DNA from: Eledone cirrhosa
Lineage: Eukaryota
Direction: 5' to 3'
Length of the DNA stretch: 64,000 bases
NCBI GenBank assembly: GCA_964016885.1
Contig: OZ024748.1
Location: forward strand, 57,412,001 to 57,476,000
Below are positions 1 to 14,689 of the stretch, one piece after another (the first letter of the stretch is position 1; the number at the start of each line of letters is the position of its first letter). The translations under genes and the position numbers were made by a program. Below the pieces are notes generated by a model. The model ran no database searches and was not told where the DNA came from. It saw nothing but the letters and a program-made list of their open reading frames with translations.

Positions 1-227
1 CTTTTCTAGAATATTCTTGACTGAAATGAAAATTAAGAATAACATAAAATGCAGTGAAAGATGATAACATTACATAAATATAGAATATGTTGTTACTATT
101 TGGAAAGATGAAATAGAATTTAAAAAACAAACAGATAAATATTCTTCCAAATAAAAATGACAAAGAAAAAAACATAAAAAATATCTGGCACTTAATATAT
201 ATATTTTTTCTCTCTTTATTTCTGTAG

Positions 228-1305
228 GTATGAAACAGAATCAAGTTTAAATATGCTGTCCAACCTTGTCAACCCACACAAACTATTTATTCAGCTGCTC
301 AAGTCAATGGCCTTTGATCATTGTGTTTTGTTGGATCTACTCACCTCTCCAGAGACTTGCTTTCTATTGTATTTTTTAAAATATCTAAAATTAGTCTCAC
401 AAGAATGGTGTATATTTGTGCAGTTACACAAAGAATACAGTTACGTTGCTGAATACAACACAAGCAATTATTCAAATCTTCTCATAGATGACAGTCATCC
501 TACAAGTTTGAAAGAGGAAACAGAGAAACATGATATGGCTGTATGTCTGAATTCAGCCAGTAAAATTTCATATGAGATGAAAATAAATGCTGAGAAACCT
601 CAGTGTTTCTCACAATTTTCTTTTCACTGTGAATCAAATACCAGTGAGCCAGTCTTTCATAAAAATCAAATCGATTTAAATGAAAGTTCATTATTATCTT
701 GCAACAAACATTTGAATGAAGGAAAAAATGAAAAAATTATAGAACAGAAATCAAGTTTGGGATTATCCTGGATACAGATGTATTCTGACAGTGAAGAAGA
801 ATCAGTTTCTGAGAATAGTAGCCCTAATATTCATACAACATTTGGTGACTATTCTCCCGTCTACAGCAACATTACTCATTCTTATGGTGACTCTTCTGTT
901 CAAAATGTTCATGACATCTCACTACCAGATATTCCAGATAAAAATCAGAACAATGAAATTAAAGAATTCTCTTCTGCCACCACCATTTTAAAATCACATA
1001 CCAGCATCAATACCAATGTACAGAAATCTAACAAAAAGCAAAAAATAGAAAAAGATATCAACAAAACAGGGTGTCAAATAGACCTTGATACAGTGTCCCA
1101 TATAGGTGATAGTACTTCACAGAAACTCAGTGGTGATTGCTCCAATGCTTCAGTTTCTGGGTCAGGTGCTCTTGATCAAACTCTAGGTTGTCTCATTCGA
1201 TTACAGCTTTCTCTAGAGAGATTAAACAGATCAGAAATGTTTCCTTATAATCCAGAAAAACTCATTCAAGCTTTACAGCATTGTATCTTTTTGTATGAAT
1301 CATGA
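228..1305 (+). CDS. LINS1: Terminal coding exon of a protein Lines homolog (LINS1-like); upstream exons lie outside the window
   Basis: Polypyrimidine tract and AG acceptor at 226-227, open frame to TGA at 1303-1305. The motifs NPHKLF..FDHCVLLDLLTSPETCFLLYFLKYLK and CLIRLQLSLERL..FPYNPEKLIQAL match the Lines N-domain end and C-domain, separated by a low-complexity Ser/Glu/Asn linker. Confidence 0.85.
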
Positions 1306-1351
1306 CAGAATATTTAATTCTTCTTCTTATTATTATCATTATTAGAGGATA

Positions 1352-2085
1352 CTGGATTGGCAGTATCAGTGGAGCTCCGGATAACATGCTTTGTGGCACA
1401 GATTTACGTCCCTTTACATTCTGAATTCCAATCCCACTTAGGTTATCTTTGCCTTTCAGCCTTATGGGGTTGATAAAATAAAGTACAGGTCTTGTACTGG
1501 GGTCAATTTAATAGACTTTCTGTTCCCCCTAAATTGCTGGCCTTGTGTCTATATAAGAAACCATTATTATTATTATTGCCTTTCATCCTTACGGGGTCGA
1601 TAAAATAAAGTACCAGTAATGCACTGGGTAATTGCTGGCCTTGTGCCTAAAGTAGAAACAATTATTATTATTATTGATTGACAAGGCGATGGATTAGCAG
1701 TATCGGTAGAGGGTCGGACGCCATGCTTTCCAGCATAGTTACGTCCCTTTACGATCTGAGTTCAAATCCCGCCGAAGTTGACTTTGCCTTTCATCCTTAC
1801 GGGGTCGAAAAAATAAAGTACCAGTAATGCACTGGGTAATTGCTGGCCTTGTGCCTAAAGTAGAAACAATTATTATTATTGATTGGCAGAATCATTAGGG
1901 TATCAGATAAAATACTTTGTAATATTTCTTCCTGTTTCTACATTTCCAAGTTCAAATCATATTGAGGCCAACATTGCCTTTCATTCGTCCATAAAATAAA
2001 GTACCAGTCAAGTATTTGGGTTGATTTGATTGTCTTTTCCCATTCCTCTAAATTTGCTGGCCTTGTGCTTAAATTAGAAACAATT
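1352..2085 (+). mobile_element. Cluster of 4 tRNA-derived SINE copies or fragments (dominant family in the window)
   Basis: A-box-like TGGCAGTATCGG, B-box GAGTTCAAATCC, central GCCTTTCATCCTTACGGGGTCGATAAAATAAAGTACCAG (resembles the MetaSINE domain) and an (ATT)n tail. Confidence 0.85.
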
Positions 2086-2729
2086 ATTATTAATGTTGTT
2101 CTATTTTTTTTAATGATGAATTCCAATATGATTGCTTTTGTTGTTAATTCTTTAAAAGAAATATATATATTGAAATATAATTGCTATAAAAAAAACTATT
2201 AATATTCAGTTCTTTGTCTCCACATGTATCCTTGATAAATCCTTCTCTATCCAACTTGCTGATCCTGGCTTAACTTATAACCTGCTGTATTTAGGATGAT
2301 TATATTGAAAATTATTCCTCTCCTAATGATACTAGTGATTCATTCCATTAGCTGTATATGTCAGAGATACTGACTCAAACAAGAAATCAAAACAGGGTTA
2401 TTGTGCCGTGTTTTCTCTAGGGTATTGATCAGATTTGTTTGTTTGTTTTGTTTTAAATCCTATTTACTTGGTTTTATCAATGGATTGTACTCATTGGACT
2501 GTTGCTTATCATATTGACCTCAGCTCTTATTTCAGTCTGGTATTTATTTTATAGATTTCTATTTATTGAACCAGTATGTTATGTCTGTGACATAGAGGAA
2601 CACAAGACAACATATTGGTTTACATATGTACATATATCATCATCACACTCATTGGTTTTAACATCCTCATTTCTATAGTGGCATGGGTTGGCTGAGACAA
2701 TATAATAATAATGGTAATAAAAATAATAA

Positions 2730-2918
2730 TTGTTTCTACTTTTGGCACAAGGCCAGCAATTATCCCAGTGTATTACTGGTGCTTTATTTTATTGACCCTG
2801 TAAGGATGAAAGGCAAAGTTAACCTCGACAGGGTTTGAACTCAGACCGTAAAGGGTCGTAACTCTATGCTGCAAAGCATGGTGTTAAACCTTCTACTGAT
2901 GCTGCCAATCCACTGCCT

Positions 2919-2920
<2 letters not shown>
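2730..2920 (-). mobile_element. SINE, dominant family
   Basis: Reverse complement of the same consensus. Confidence 0.85.
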
Positions 2921-2955
<35 letters not shown>

Positions 2956-3500
2956 AATTATTGTGTACAGTGGGAATATCATGTGTAGTGTTGGTGAATT
3001 TCAGGAAGCATGGAGGTTACAAAGAATGCAGTGTCCCAACAGCTAACAACTGATGCATGTAGTTTGTTCTATGCTTCAGCAACTCTGAGCATGAAAAAAT
3101 GTTTCCGAAAGTCATAGGAGCTATGCTGTTTTCTGACTTTGTAGGCATGCCCACTCATGGTAGACACAAAGGTGTTCTGGGTTGTTGTTGGCAAGATGGT
3201 TAATAATTTTGTGGGTGTTTACCAAGTCAGTTGCCGGTCGTCGGAGCTTCAATGTATCCATGCCCAAGGAAGCAAGGCATTCAGAGTATGGTAGATGCCT
3301 GATGGAGGGTATTTGCTTGGTTGCACGTCTCTGAACAGTTTCCAGGAGGTCAATATTCTGAGCAAGATAGAATTTGTATCATCAGCCTGTAACCCCTAAG
3401 TGTGGCCGTACTATAGTCATATACAGCTTTGAATAGATAGCTGGGGAGTGGCTGACAAAGGTCTTGCTGCATGATGCCAAGACACCCTCGGCCTTCTTGA
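2921..3500 (-). pseudogene. 3' end of a CR1/L2-type LINE with an (ATT)n tail
   Basis: Minus strand reads HSSYDFRKHFFMLRVAEA*NKL, like the RxxFFSxRVVxxWNxLP terminus of CR1-group ORF2, followed by a simple-repeat tail. Confidence 0.65.
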
Positions 3501-3519
3501 CATTATATATATATATATA

Positions 3520-3731
3520 ATTAATAGAAATAGTCCATAGGATGAGTTAAATATAATTAATTAAAACAGTGACATATACAGGTACTTAAGCTTCCTTGGG
3601 TTATATATTCCAACTCATTCAGCCTGTTATATAAAAAGAAATGTTCTTTTTATATAACAGGCTGAAGGAGCTGGGGTATATAACCCAACGAAACTTAAGT
3701 ACCTGTATATAACACTGTTGTAACTAATTAT
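3520..3731. mobile_element. TA-embedded fold-back element with a hammerhead motif in both arms (family A)
   Basis: Imperfect inverted arms about 3565-3640 and 3644-3719, flanked by (TA)n; homologous to 51881-52070. Confidence 0.75.
3657..3706 (+). ncRNA. Minimal type-I hammerhead-like motif
   Basis: acagg CTGAAGGA gctggg..cccaac GAAAC ttaa GTA cctgt: stem I acagg/cctgt, palindromic stem III ACTTAAGT; the core has one extra nucleotide. Confidence 0.7.
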
Positions 3732-3749
3732 ATATATCATCATCCTCAT

Positions 3750-6700
3750 CAGGCATGTCAAACTGAGGGTCTCCCAAAGGCCACATGGGTCACATACGTT
3801 TCTGAGGGCCACACATGACAACTAATTGCGCACATCATCATCATCGTTTAACGTCCATTTTCCACTCTAGCATCGGTCTGGACGGGAATTGTCCCACTTG
3901 AGGCAAGATTGGTTGTCTTGCTCAGGACTGTCTGGCGGGTTTTCTACAGCTGGATGCCCTTCCTAACACCAACCACGTTTACAGTGTGGACTGGGAGGTT
4001 TTTACCGTGTTACCTACACGGCCACATTACAGCGTGGACTGTGTGTTTTTTTGTCGTGACACCTACACGACCTCCTTTATTTAGGACTGGATGTTGTGGT
4101 ACCAACATAGCTTTACATCGAAAGGGGTGGTGTAGATGGGGGTAGGGTTAGTGGGACGGGGGTGTATTTTGGTTAAGAGGTGCCTACTGACTGTAGGTTT
4201 CGCTTTGTACTTAGGCAAGGCGGGTCTTCTGTATTACTACATAGTGCCAAAGATCTTGGTCCAGTGACATTGTCTTGGAGAGATGTAAGTGTGTGGGGTC
4301 GGATTTTATCAAGTCGTCCCAGGTTTTTCTGGGTCTGCCTACTCTGTAGCTACCGTCTATTTTGATCGCCCTGCACTTTTTTATACAGCTGTCATCTTTC
4401 ATGCGCATCACGTGACCATACCAACATAGTCTTCTCTCGAGTAAACAGCATCTGATCCCCCTTATTCCTAATTTCTCACTTAGTTCATTTATGCTTTGCC
4501 GTTCGTGTATATTACTATTACACATTCAATGGAGCATGCAAGCTTCGTTCCTCTCCAGTCTGCTTAGATCCTCTGCACACAGGGACTATGTCTCACTGCG
4601 ATGTAACATCGCTGTTCGTATGCAGGCATTATACAACCTGCCTTTTATTTTTAGAGAGAAACCTTTAGCGGCCAATAGTGGTATAAGCTCTCTGAACTTT
4701 TTCCATCCCGTTCGGACTCTAGCACTTCAGTACTTTCGGAGCATCCTCCACCACTGCTGATTTTGTCACCCAGGTAACAGAAGGTGTCCACTATTTCTAT
4801 AGAACCATCTGGGCCATGGAATGAGCTAGTATTCTGTGGGCATTTGCTGCTACTTATTGCACCAGAGCACCGGCCACATATAAAATCTATATTCTTAGTT
4901 ACCTTACCTGTGATCCCACTACATCTTCTTTGCACCCATACTTTGCATTTGGGACATAAAATGGAGTTTCTGCCTACTCCTTTCCTACACACTGAGAATG
5001 GCCATTTCCCAGATGGGACCAGTGCCCTATTCTCCTTCCTACATATTAGGACTTTAGTCTTAGACAAGTTAACAGTAAGGCGTTTTGATTCTAGGCCATG
5101 CTTCCATGTTTGGAATTTCTTCTCTAGTTCAGCCATTGATTCGGCTATGAGCGTTAGATCATCTGCATATAGAAGTTCCCATGGGCAGCCGGTCTTGAAC
5201 TCCTCCGTTATAGCTTGGAGGGCGATAATAAATAGGAGGGGGCTAAGGACGGAGCCCTGATGAACACCAACTTTTACGTTAAATTCTTCACTATATTCGT
5301 TGTTAATTCTAAACTTGCTGACTGTTTCTTTATACATGGCTTGTATAGCTCTCACAAGTCATTCATCTACACCTAGTTTTCTAAGAGCCCACCAGATAAT
5401 GGAGTGGGGGACTCTGTCAAAGGCTTTCTCCAGGTCTACAAAAGCTAAGTAGAGGGGTTTACTTTTTGCTAGGTACTTCTCCTGTAGTTGTCATACAATG
5501 AAAAGAGCGTCTGTGGTCCTTTTACCTGACACAAACCCAAACTGCATTTCGTCTAGATCAATTCGATCTCTGATTAGTTAAGCTATTACTTTTTCTGTGA
5601 CCTTCATGACCTGGTCAATTAATTTAATGCCTCTATAGTTTCCACCATCTAGGGTGTCTCCTTTACCCTTGTAGCAGTTACTGATGATGCTGCTACGCCA
5701 GTCCTTTGGTACGACCCCATTCTGTATAACTTGGTTTACTATCCGGGTGACCATAGTGTGTCCCACCATTCCAGATGCTTTCAGCATTTCAGCAACTATT
5801 TCCGAAGGCCCAGCCGCCTTGCTCATCTTCATATCTTTGATTGCCTTACTTATTATACTACCTTCAACTTGCACTGCTGGTCCCTCTATTGGATCGATGT
5901 GGGGGAGGCTGTCTTTCTCCCATTTATTCTCCTCATTTAGTAGCCTTTTGTAGTGACACTTCCAAGCTACCTTCTTATCAGTGTCATTGATGGCAAGTAC
6001 ACCATCATCATTTCGGACACACTTCTCCCCGGCAATATCACGGTTCTCTTTGACACATTGTCTAGCAATCCTGAACACCTCATGTTTTTGGTCCTCGCGT
6101 TGTAGAACATGCTTGAACTTTCTTTCCTCTGCTTCCCTTCTTGCGAAGTACACGTCTCCTAGCTTCCCCCCTGGCCACTTGATAGTCTTCTCTACTTCCC
6201 CCATCCCGCCATACTTTCCAAGCCTGCTTTTTGGCCTTGATCGACTCCTCCACCTTACTGTTCCACCACCAAGTTACTCTCCTCCTGCCTATAGGTCTGC
6301 TCCAGCCACAGATTTCATCTGTCACCTTCAGCAGGTTAGCTTTCAGGAATTCCCACTGTTCCTCTATACTGTACGACTCTAATTGCTCTTCCTTACTGTC
6401 AAAAGCATCAAGTAATATACTTTTAAATTTATTACTGGCTGTGGGGTCCTTTAACTTCCATATTTTTCTCCTAAGGATAGTCCTCCTCTGTTGTTGAATA
6501 CGTCTCCTGACTATGAGGTCACTAACTATGAGGCTATGTTGGGAGGTGCATTTTTCATGGGGGAGGGATTTAGTGTTTACAACAGACACTCTGTCTCATC
6601 TTCTGGTAAGGATATAATCTATCTGACTGGTGTGTTCCCCTGATCTATAGGTGATCAAGTGATTGTTTCGTTTTTTGAAGTTTGTGTTACAGATAGTTAG

Positions 6701-7088
6701 ATTATTTGCGTCACAGAATTCCAGGATTCTAGAGCCTTCCTCATTTCTAGCACCAAACCCATAGCCTCCATGGATTCGGTCATAGCCGTCAGAGTGTTGT
6801 CCAACGTGACCATTTAGGTCACCAGCAATAATTATATAGTCACTGTCGGTTATTTGGGAGATAATGAGCATTAACGACTCATAGAATCTGTTTTTTATAA
6901 TGCCAGGCAGTCCGGGTTGGGGTGCATACGCAGATATTATTGTCACAGTAGTTCTATTGAGGACAAGTCTTTACATTACAACACATTACAACACATTATA
7001 ACTAATATTTTTTAAATTTTATATTATGTAAAAACCTTTGTGCGGACCGCAGAAGTGCTTGTAAAGGGCCGCCTCTTTGACATGCCTG
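3750..7088. mobile_element. hAT-like MITE split by an RTE LINE insertion
   Basis: TIRs CAGGCATGTCAAA (3750) and TTTGACATGCCTG (ends 7088) bracket the LINE; no clear 8-bp TSD. Confidence 0.6.
3834..6970 (-). mobile_element. RTE-clade LINE, 5'-truncated and decayed (AP endonuclease + reverse transcriptase)
   Basis: Fragmented ORFs: IISAYAPQ, GDLNGHVG, SQIDYIL (APE); NYRGIKL, AFVDLEKAFD, HQGSVLSPLLF, LLYADDL (RT); WYGHVMR..GRPRKTW; (GAT)n 3' tail at 3834-3846; stops and frameshifts. Confidence 0.95.
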
Positions 7089-9496
7089 GTTTAACATATT
7101 TGTATGTAGGCGATGACATGCGTCTTTACTGTCTCCCTCTATTATATTCATCCATGTTTTTCTTGGTTTTCCTTTTAGTCAGGTTCCTTCTACATTAATT
7201 TTTATCACTCCTCTAACCCAGTTGATTCCATCTTTTCTCAATACATGATCGTGGCATGATTTGAACTCAAAACACAGAGAGTTTGAACAGATACTCTGAA
7301 ATAATCCATTTGACACTAATGATTCTACTCATTCACCATTCACTACTTCCAATCAACATTTAACTACAATTATCCCGAAACATGTTTATCACTACCTCTG
7401 CACCCTGCTTCCCTAACTTATATATTAAGAATACTAACTCACCACCCAATTTAAGATGTTATATTTCTGATGACTTGTGAGCCCCCAAAACATCAGATTT
7501 CTCTTCTGACATACAAACTTATCCAAACTTCTGAGCAGACACACTCACTCACACACACACATAAATACACACACACACACTCACATACATACATGCATAC
7601 ACACACATACCCACACATGCAATCATTTTATTACTATGCTAGCATAGACATCTCAACTTTAACTTAGAAAATATAGAGATATATGTGTGTATGTGTGTGC
7701 GTTTCTTTCTCCATATAAATTTGGTTAAATTTCTCAGAGGTTGGGCTATTACTTGATTTGTTATTTCAAGCAGGTCATTGGCTTGTCTTAATGATATATC
7801 TGGAGCTGTCAAAGATAAAATTTAATGTTCCAACCTAAAGGAATTAATAACACAATTTATTACTTGAAATTTGTGTTTGATTTATAAGTTAATGACAAAA
7901 TTCGCTTTTCTAGATGGTTACTGCCATTTATAAGCAGAAGTCCCCAAGATGTGGTTATTGTTTATGCTAATATTTGATTCTGTATATATATGTTTCTGTC
8001 ATGAAATTGCTCCTTGGAAGAGCATACTTGATATATTATAATATAATCTTTTATTCTACGAAAACACTAGCAGAATAAACATATTAATTAATATGAGATA
8101 TAGCAATGGAGGAGCAGAACAATACTATTTTGCCACATATAAATCTTGAAGAAAAGAGATAAATGCACAACTTGTATGATATATATTACATAAACCAAAT
8201 GCTTTCTCGCTTCAAATTAAATGAACAAACTCAGGGGGATATCATGAACCAAAATCAAATGTATTAGTACCAATAATAAACTAGAAGAATTATTTTCTTG
8301 CACAAGAATGATGTAGTCACAAATAAAAGGCAGACCATCACTTACACACTATATTTACTGTGATACTGATAAAGTTTGGACCCTAACAATGATAGTGATT
8401 TACTCATTGAATATTTGTGGACATTCCTAACTAGCAATTTACATATACATCTTGTAAATTTATATTCCCTTAGATATCAATTTACATATATGTCTTGTAT
8501 GATATATATATCCCCATCTATCAATTTACATACATCTTGTAAGTTTATATATCCCTAGCAATTTACATGCCTTTTATGATAATATATATATAGCAATTTA
8601 CAATTGCCTTGTATGATATATATTCCTAGCTAGCAATTTATGTATATGTCTTGTATGGTATATATTCCTAGCTATTGATTTACATATATATCTTGTATGG
8701 TATATACTTCTAGCTATTGATTTAAACATATGTTCCACATGGTGTATATTTTAATAAATCCTTGACAATGTATAAAATGTTAAGACTGTGAGACTGGTGT
8801 AGCTTGGTCTAGAGAAAAGGTTCTCAACCCATTTCGGCCAAACACCCCCTTTTGCCCCTCAAAAATCACGAAACGCCCCCCCCCCCCTATATTTCCATTT
8901 TTCAATATACTACTGATTTTAATATTAGTAGATTACTGGGCCAAATCAAGTTATGTTAGAATCTTTAAAAGGATCTTTAAAAAATACTCGTACGAATTAA
9001 ATACAAAAAAGTTTCAGTCCAAAACAGAAGCAAGCTATTTCAAATTATATATTAACAAAAAAAGATGTGAATGTTCTCAAAGATTTGATCACAAGCGAAA
9101 AAGCTTTTTTTTTTAAAAATTCTATATTTCACTCTTAGCTGTTGTAATATTTTGAGTGGATAGACAATTCTACAATTCAAACTGTAAAGTCAAAATACAA
9201 AAGATGCAAAATATGAAGAAATTCTTACCTTTCTCTGGAATCACAAACTCAAGTGAAAAATAGTACCTTGCAAAATAAAGTGCCTCGATCACAAACTTAG
9301 TCGGCACCACTCGAATAAGGTAGTTATTTAACCCATAAATGGAGCCCTAACAGGTACTACTACTCCGGGCCAGAGCAGACCTGAGAGTTATGACAACTAA
9401 GGGGTAACTCCACATTCCCCACAGCTCCCGAACTACTGAATTGGAGCCTTGCCATTGGATGTAGTTTAATTTCATACCCAGGACTTTACTGTAGCA

Positions 9497-9660
9497 CCGG
9501 CTCAGAGCAGGAGAGTTAAGGCGAAAAAGGTATCAGATGCTGAATTTGCTGACGACATAGTTTTGGTGAGAAATACAGTGAAGGAGGCAGAGGATTTGAT
9601 GTGGGAGGTTGAGACTGTGGCGATGAGTGGGGGGCTGAGAATGAATGAGACTAAAACAAA

Positions 9661-9662
<2 letters not shown>
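9497..9662 (+). pseudogene. Non-LTR reverse transcriptase fragment
   Basis: [32 protein letters not shown]; ends at the TA array. Confidence 0.75.
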
Positions 9663-10810
<1,148 letters not shown>

Positions 10811-11446
10811 ATTTCGTTTCTGAATTTGTTTAGCAAGATTCTTTATGTGAAATCGTGTGTTGAAACCGATATTGTTATACTTTGGGAGGGTCATGTTGCC
10901 AAATAGAACACAAGAGTAAATTAGAGAACATAGAAATAAAAATAGAATCTACACACAGAAAAGACGCAATGTTTAGACAAATTACAGAGGCAATAAACAT
11001 AAAAGAATTACAACCAAAATTAAATAGAAAATATGAGTGGAACAGCAACATCACAACTTACAATTAAGGACAAAATGAAAACACACACACACATAGAACA
11101 AACAACCAACCAGTAACATGTAAATAAACAAATAAATAAATGAACATAAACACACACAGACACCCGGATGTGGCGCATGCGCAGACTGAGCACACAACAC
11201 ACACACAGAAACAAAATGGCGTAGGACAGAACAAAGGAGAGGCACAGAAACAAAGAAAGGAATCCCCAGTCACTGAAGAGGTCACAGAGTGTGTGACGAA
11301 AGAACTATGACTATATATAAACAACTATCTGGTTGTGGAACCAACCAACCAACCAGAAATTTATAAATATATAATAAATTGAAGTGAAAGCAACTGGTGC
11401 GTGTGTTTCTTACTGGCAACATGACCCTCCGAAAGTATAACAATAT
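10811..11446 (+). mobile_element. Penelope-like retroelement 3' fragment (GIY-YIG C-terminus + pLTR with hammerhead) with an inverted 3' segment at its 5' junction
   Basis: Peptide [37 protein letters not shown] resembles the PLE endonuclease end (R.I.EAI.I....P.LN). Hammerhead at 11268-11312. 33-bp inverted repeat 10869-10901 / 11414-11446 (1 mismatch). TA arrays on both sides. Confidence 0.85.
11268..11312 (+). ncRNA. Minimal type-I hammerhead ribozyme motif
   Basis: agtca CTGAAGA g gtcaca gagtg tgtgac GAAAG aa CTA tgact: stem I 5 bp, stem II 6 bp, 2-bp stem III. Confidence 0.8.
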
Positions 11447-11732
11447 ATATGTATATATATATATATATATGTATGTATATATATATGTATATATATATAT
11501 ATATGTGTATATATATATATGTATATATATATATATGTGTATATATATATATGTATATATATATGTATATATATATATGTATATATATATATGTATATAT
11601 ATATGTATATATATATATGTATATATATATATATGTATATATATATATGTATATTTATATATATGTATATTTATATTTATGTATATTTATATATATGTAT
11701 ATTTATATATGTATATATATATGTATATATAT
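11447..11732. repeat. (TA)nTG array
   Basis: Directly visible. Confidence 0.97.
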
Positions 11733-11894
11733 GTAGAGAGAGAGACAGAGAGAGTAAGAAATGTTTGTGTGTTTGGTACACGTCTATCTATCTCTCCAAC
11801 AGGGGGCTCAAACATCCGGCCCGCGAACTACTCTTCTGTGGCCCCTGGTAGAACTAATATTTCAGATTCCATTATAACTGGTGAAAATCAGGCG

Positions 11895-12115
11895 GCGAGC
11901 TGGTGGAATCATTAGCACATCTGGTGGAATCATTAGCACATCTGGCGAAATGCTTAGCGGTATTTCTTCCGTTCCGAGTTCAAATTCCGCCGATCTCAAC
12001 TCTGCCACTCATCCTTTTGGTGTCGATAAATTAAGTACCAGTTTTGAACTGGGATCGATATATTCGACGGGACCCTAAATCCTAAATTTCATGCCTTGTG
12101 CCTACAGTAGAAATT
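11895..12115 (+). mobile_element. Diverged SINE related to the dominant family
   Basis: GAGTTCAAATTCCGCC..CATCCTTTTGGTGTCGATAAATTAAGTACCAG..GCCTTGTGCCTACAGTAGAAA. Confidence 0.7.
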
Positions 12116-12220
12116 ATTATAACTGGTGAAAATCATCATCCACCACCACGTTTGGCCCACTATGCTTCTCCTCCAGGACGTATGGCCCTTTTATGTCCTT
12201 CAGTTTGAGACCCCTCTTCT

Positions 12221-12253
<33 letters not shown>

Positions 12254-12264
12254 CACTTTACTTT

Positions 12265-12512
12265 TTTTCTGTCTCTAGACTACGCCCATGCTGGAGCATC
12301 ACCTTGGTTAGTTATGGGGACGTCAACAAAACAACAAGCATTGGTGGGAGCGCAAAGACAAACGCAAAGACACACAGACATATATATACATATATACGAC
12401 GCGCTTCTTTTAGTTTCGGTCTATCAAATCCACTCACAGGGCTTTGGTCGGCCCGTGCAGTGGGACTGAACCCGGAAACATGTGGTTGGGAAGCAAGCTT
12501 CTTGTCACACTG
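12265..12512 (-). mobile_element. Second SINE family, fragment
   Basis: Plus-strand GGGACTGAACCCGG..TGTGGTTGGGAAGCAAGCTTCTT is a tRNA-like head on the minus strand; I recall it as a common Octopus repeat. Confidence 0.55.
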
Positions 12513-12515
12513 CAC

Positions 12516-12591
<76 letters not shown>

Positions 12592-12823
12592 AATTAACAA
12601 TGAAAATAAAAAAACAAAGTCAAGTTACTTTATAATTTTGTTTTTATTTTGTTGTTTTTATTTTTATTGTTAATTTAATACCTAATATCTGACTGACTCT
12701 CTATCTAAAGAATTAATTCAGCGAAACACAGAACTTCTCTATGGATTTTATAAGATTACATTGAGTTTTATCCAGAGATAGATCAGACTGAAAAAAGATA
12801 TATATATATATATATATATATAT

Positions 12824-13262
12824 GTAGAGGTTATATTTAATTTGTTGGGATACAACAAGCAAAATATTTTTATAACTGATATAAAGCACTCAACAAATTA
12901 TTGGAGTAAATATACAATATATTAACAAATGGAAACTATATTTATAAAACCATATTTATTTCATTATACATATTTCAAGGGCCACCAAGGCAGATTATGG
13001 TGCGCTTTCATCAGATAAAATCTAATATAGATTAGTTTTATAAATAAATAAATATTGACATACCCTGAAAAAATGCAACCTTCACGGTTTGAGTCAGGAG
13101 AATCCAACCGTGAAGGTTGCATTTTTTCAGGGTATGTCAATATTTATTTATAAAACTAATCTATATTATATTTTATCTGATGAGAGCGCACCATAATCTG
13201 CCTTGGTGGCCCTTGAAATATGTATAATGAAATAAATATGGTTTCCATTTGTTAATATATTG
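12824..13262. mobile_element. TA-embedded fold-back element with hammerheads in both arms (family B)
   Basis: Arms about 12915-13089 and 13106-13262, 16-nt spacer, unpaired 3' tail 12824-12914; homologous to 41977-42238. Confidence 0.85.
13169..13234 (+). ncRNA. Type-I hammerhead motif (mirror copy on the minus strand about 12955-13022)
   Basis: tattttat CTGATGA gagcgcacca taatctgcct tggtggccctt GAAATA tg TATA atgaaata. Confidence 0.75.
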
Positions 13263-13264
13263 TG

Positions 13265-13296
<32 letters not shown>

Positions 13297-13588
13297 CGTG
13301 TGTGTGTATATAATATATATATATATGTAAATATATATATACATACATATATAAATCTACATACATTCACATATACATACATTTACCTATGTATATAGCT
13401 ATACATTTATTTATTTGTATATATACATGCATTTATATTTAAGTGTGTAAGGATATTGATGTGATTTATGTTTTTTTTTTGGTAAGGAGAAAATGTCTCC
13501 AGATTTTATTACCTAAGGAGTTTAAATACCACAGCTCTGACTGAAAGATGACCAGGTTGACAACCTCACCAACGCCGGCCTGTGTGTG

Positions 13589-13620
<32 letters not shown>

Positions 13621-13829
13621 TGTATGTATGTATGTATGTATGTATGTATGTATGTATGCATGTATGCATGCATGCATGTGTGTGTATGATTGTATGTATG
13701 TATATGTATACACCCACACCTTGCATCACCATTGCTTCTTTTTCTTGTCGTTTCTGTTGTTCTTGTAACTTGTCAAAGTTGAAGTTGTCTTTATTTTCAT
13801 TTTCTTTGATTCCTTTCGTTTTTCTTTAA

Positions 13830-14380
13830 TCTCTCTAGGCATAATGCTCTGCAGATGATAGAGAAGTGAGTAGGTGGAGATGGAATAAGATCTGCTAATT
13901 CTGTGTAACAGAAGCAATTGTATTATATGTAGAAGAGGTAAAATAAAAACAGAACAAACCTGAGTGGTAGTGGTTGGAGTGTAGTTGAGAGTGACATCAT
14001 TGAAATATGCCGAGTAGCTTTTTTTATGTGGTCTAGCATAGATATGTGTTGCAGCAGCTCCGTTCCAGATGTTTCCATAGTAGTCCAATCTAATCTGATC
14101 TGACCGAGTTTACACTCGCAAATAAGAAGAACCAGGGCCGCCCTTAGGAGCATTGGATTTGGTGTACTTCATATTTGTTTCGGTTGCTGAATACAATCAG
14201 GGGTCGCTGCTTCTCCTGAAGGTCAATAGTTCTCTTCTAACTCGAGTGGGAGAGCGCCATTCCATTGTTAATTTGTATTGATCATCTGCAAAACCGCGTT
14301 GTTCTCAGAACCACTACACCAGTCTTACGATGCGTGCAGCTGGAACTACTGCTACCCATTGATTTGGCAATGGTTAATAG
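13830..14380 (-). pseudogene. Highly decayed LINE RT/C-terminal fragment (L2/Jockey-like)
   Basis: Remnants ADDQ and QIR..LDYYGNIWNGAAATH. Confidence 0.45.
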
Positions 14381-14689
14381 TATAAGTCTAATGGAAAAGA
14401 AAAAAATAGAAAATATAATTTAGTGTGATAATTGACAATATCATGACTTTCAAAACCTCTAGTTTAGCTATTTGGTTAGTCACTCCTACACTTATAACAT
14501 TGCTGATAATTCTAGTATGGTATCTAAATTTGTATAGTTTTATACAATTCTTTTATCTTTGCCATGTCCGATGAGCAGCATTTGATGCAGATTTAAACAT
14601 TGCAAAACAATATATTTTTTAATTGTTTAGTCAGGGAGTACTCTTGGCCCATTTCAAGAATTGTAAGACTGGTGGGAATATCAGAAAAA

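Noticed and set aside
1685-1872. tRNA gene suggested by A and B boxes
   Set aside because: No cloverleaf; this is the head of a SINE present in more than 25 copies here.
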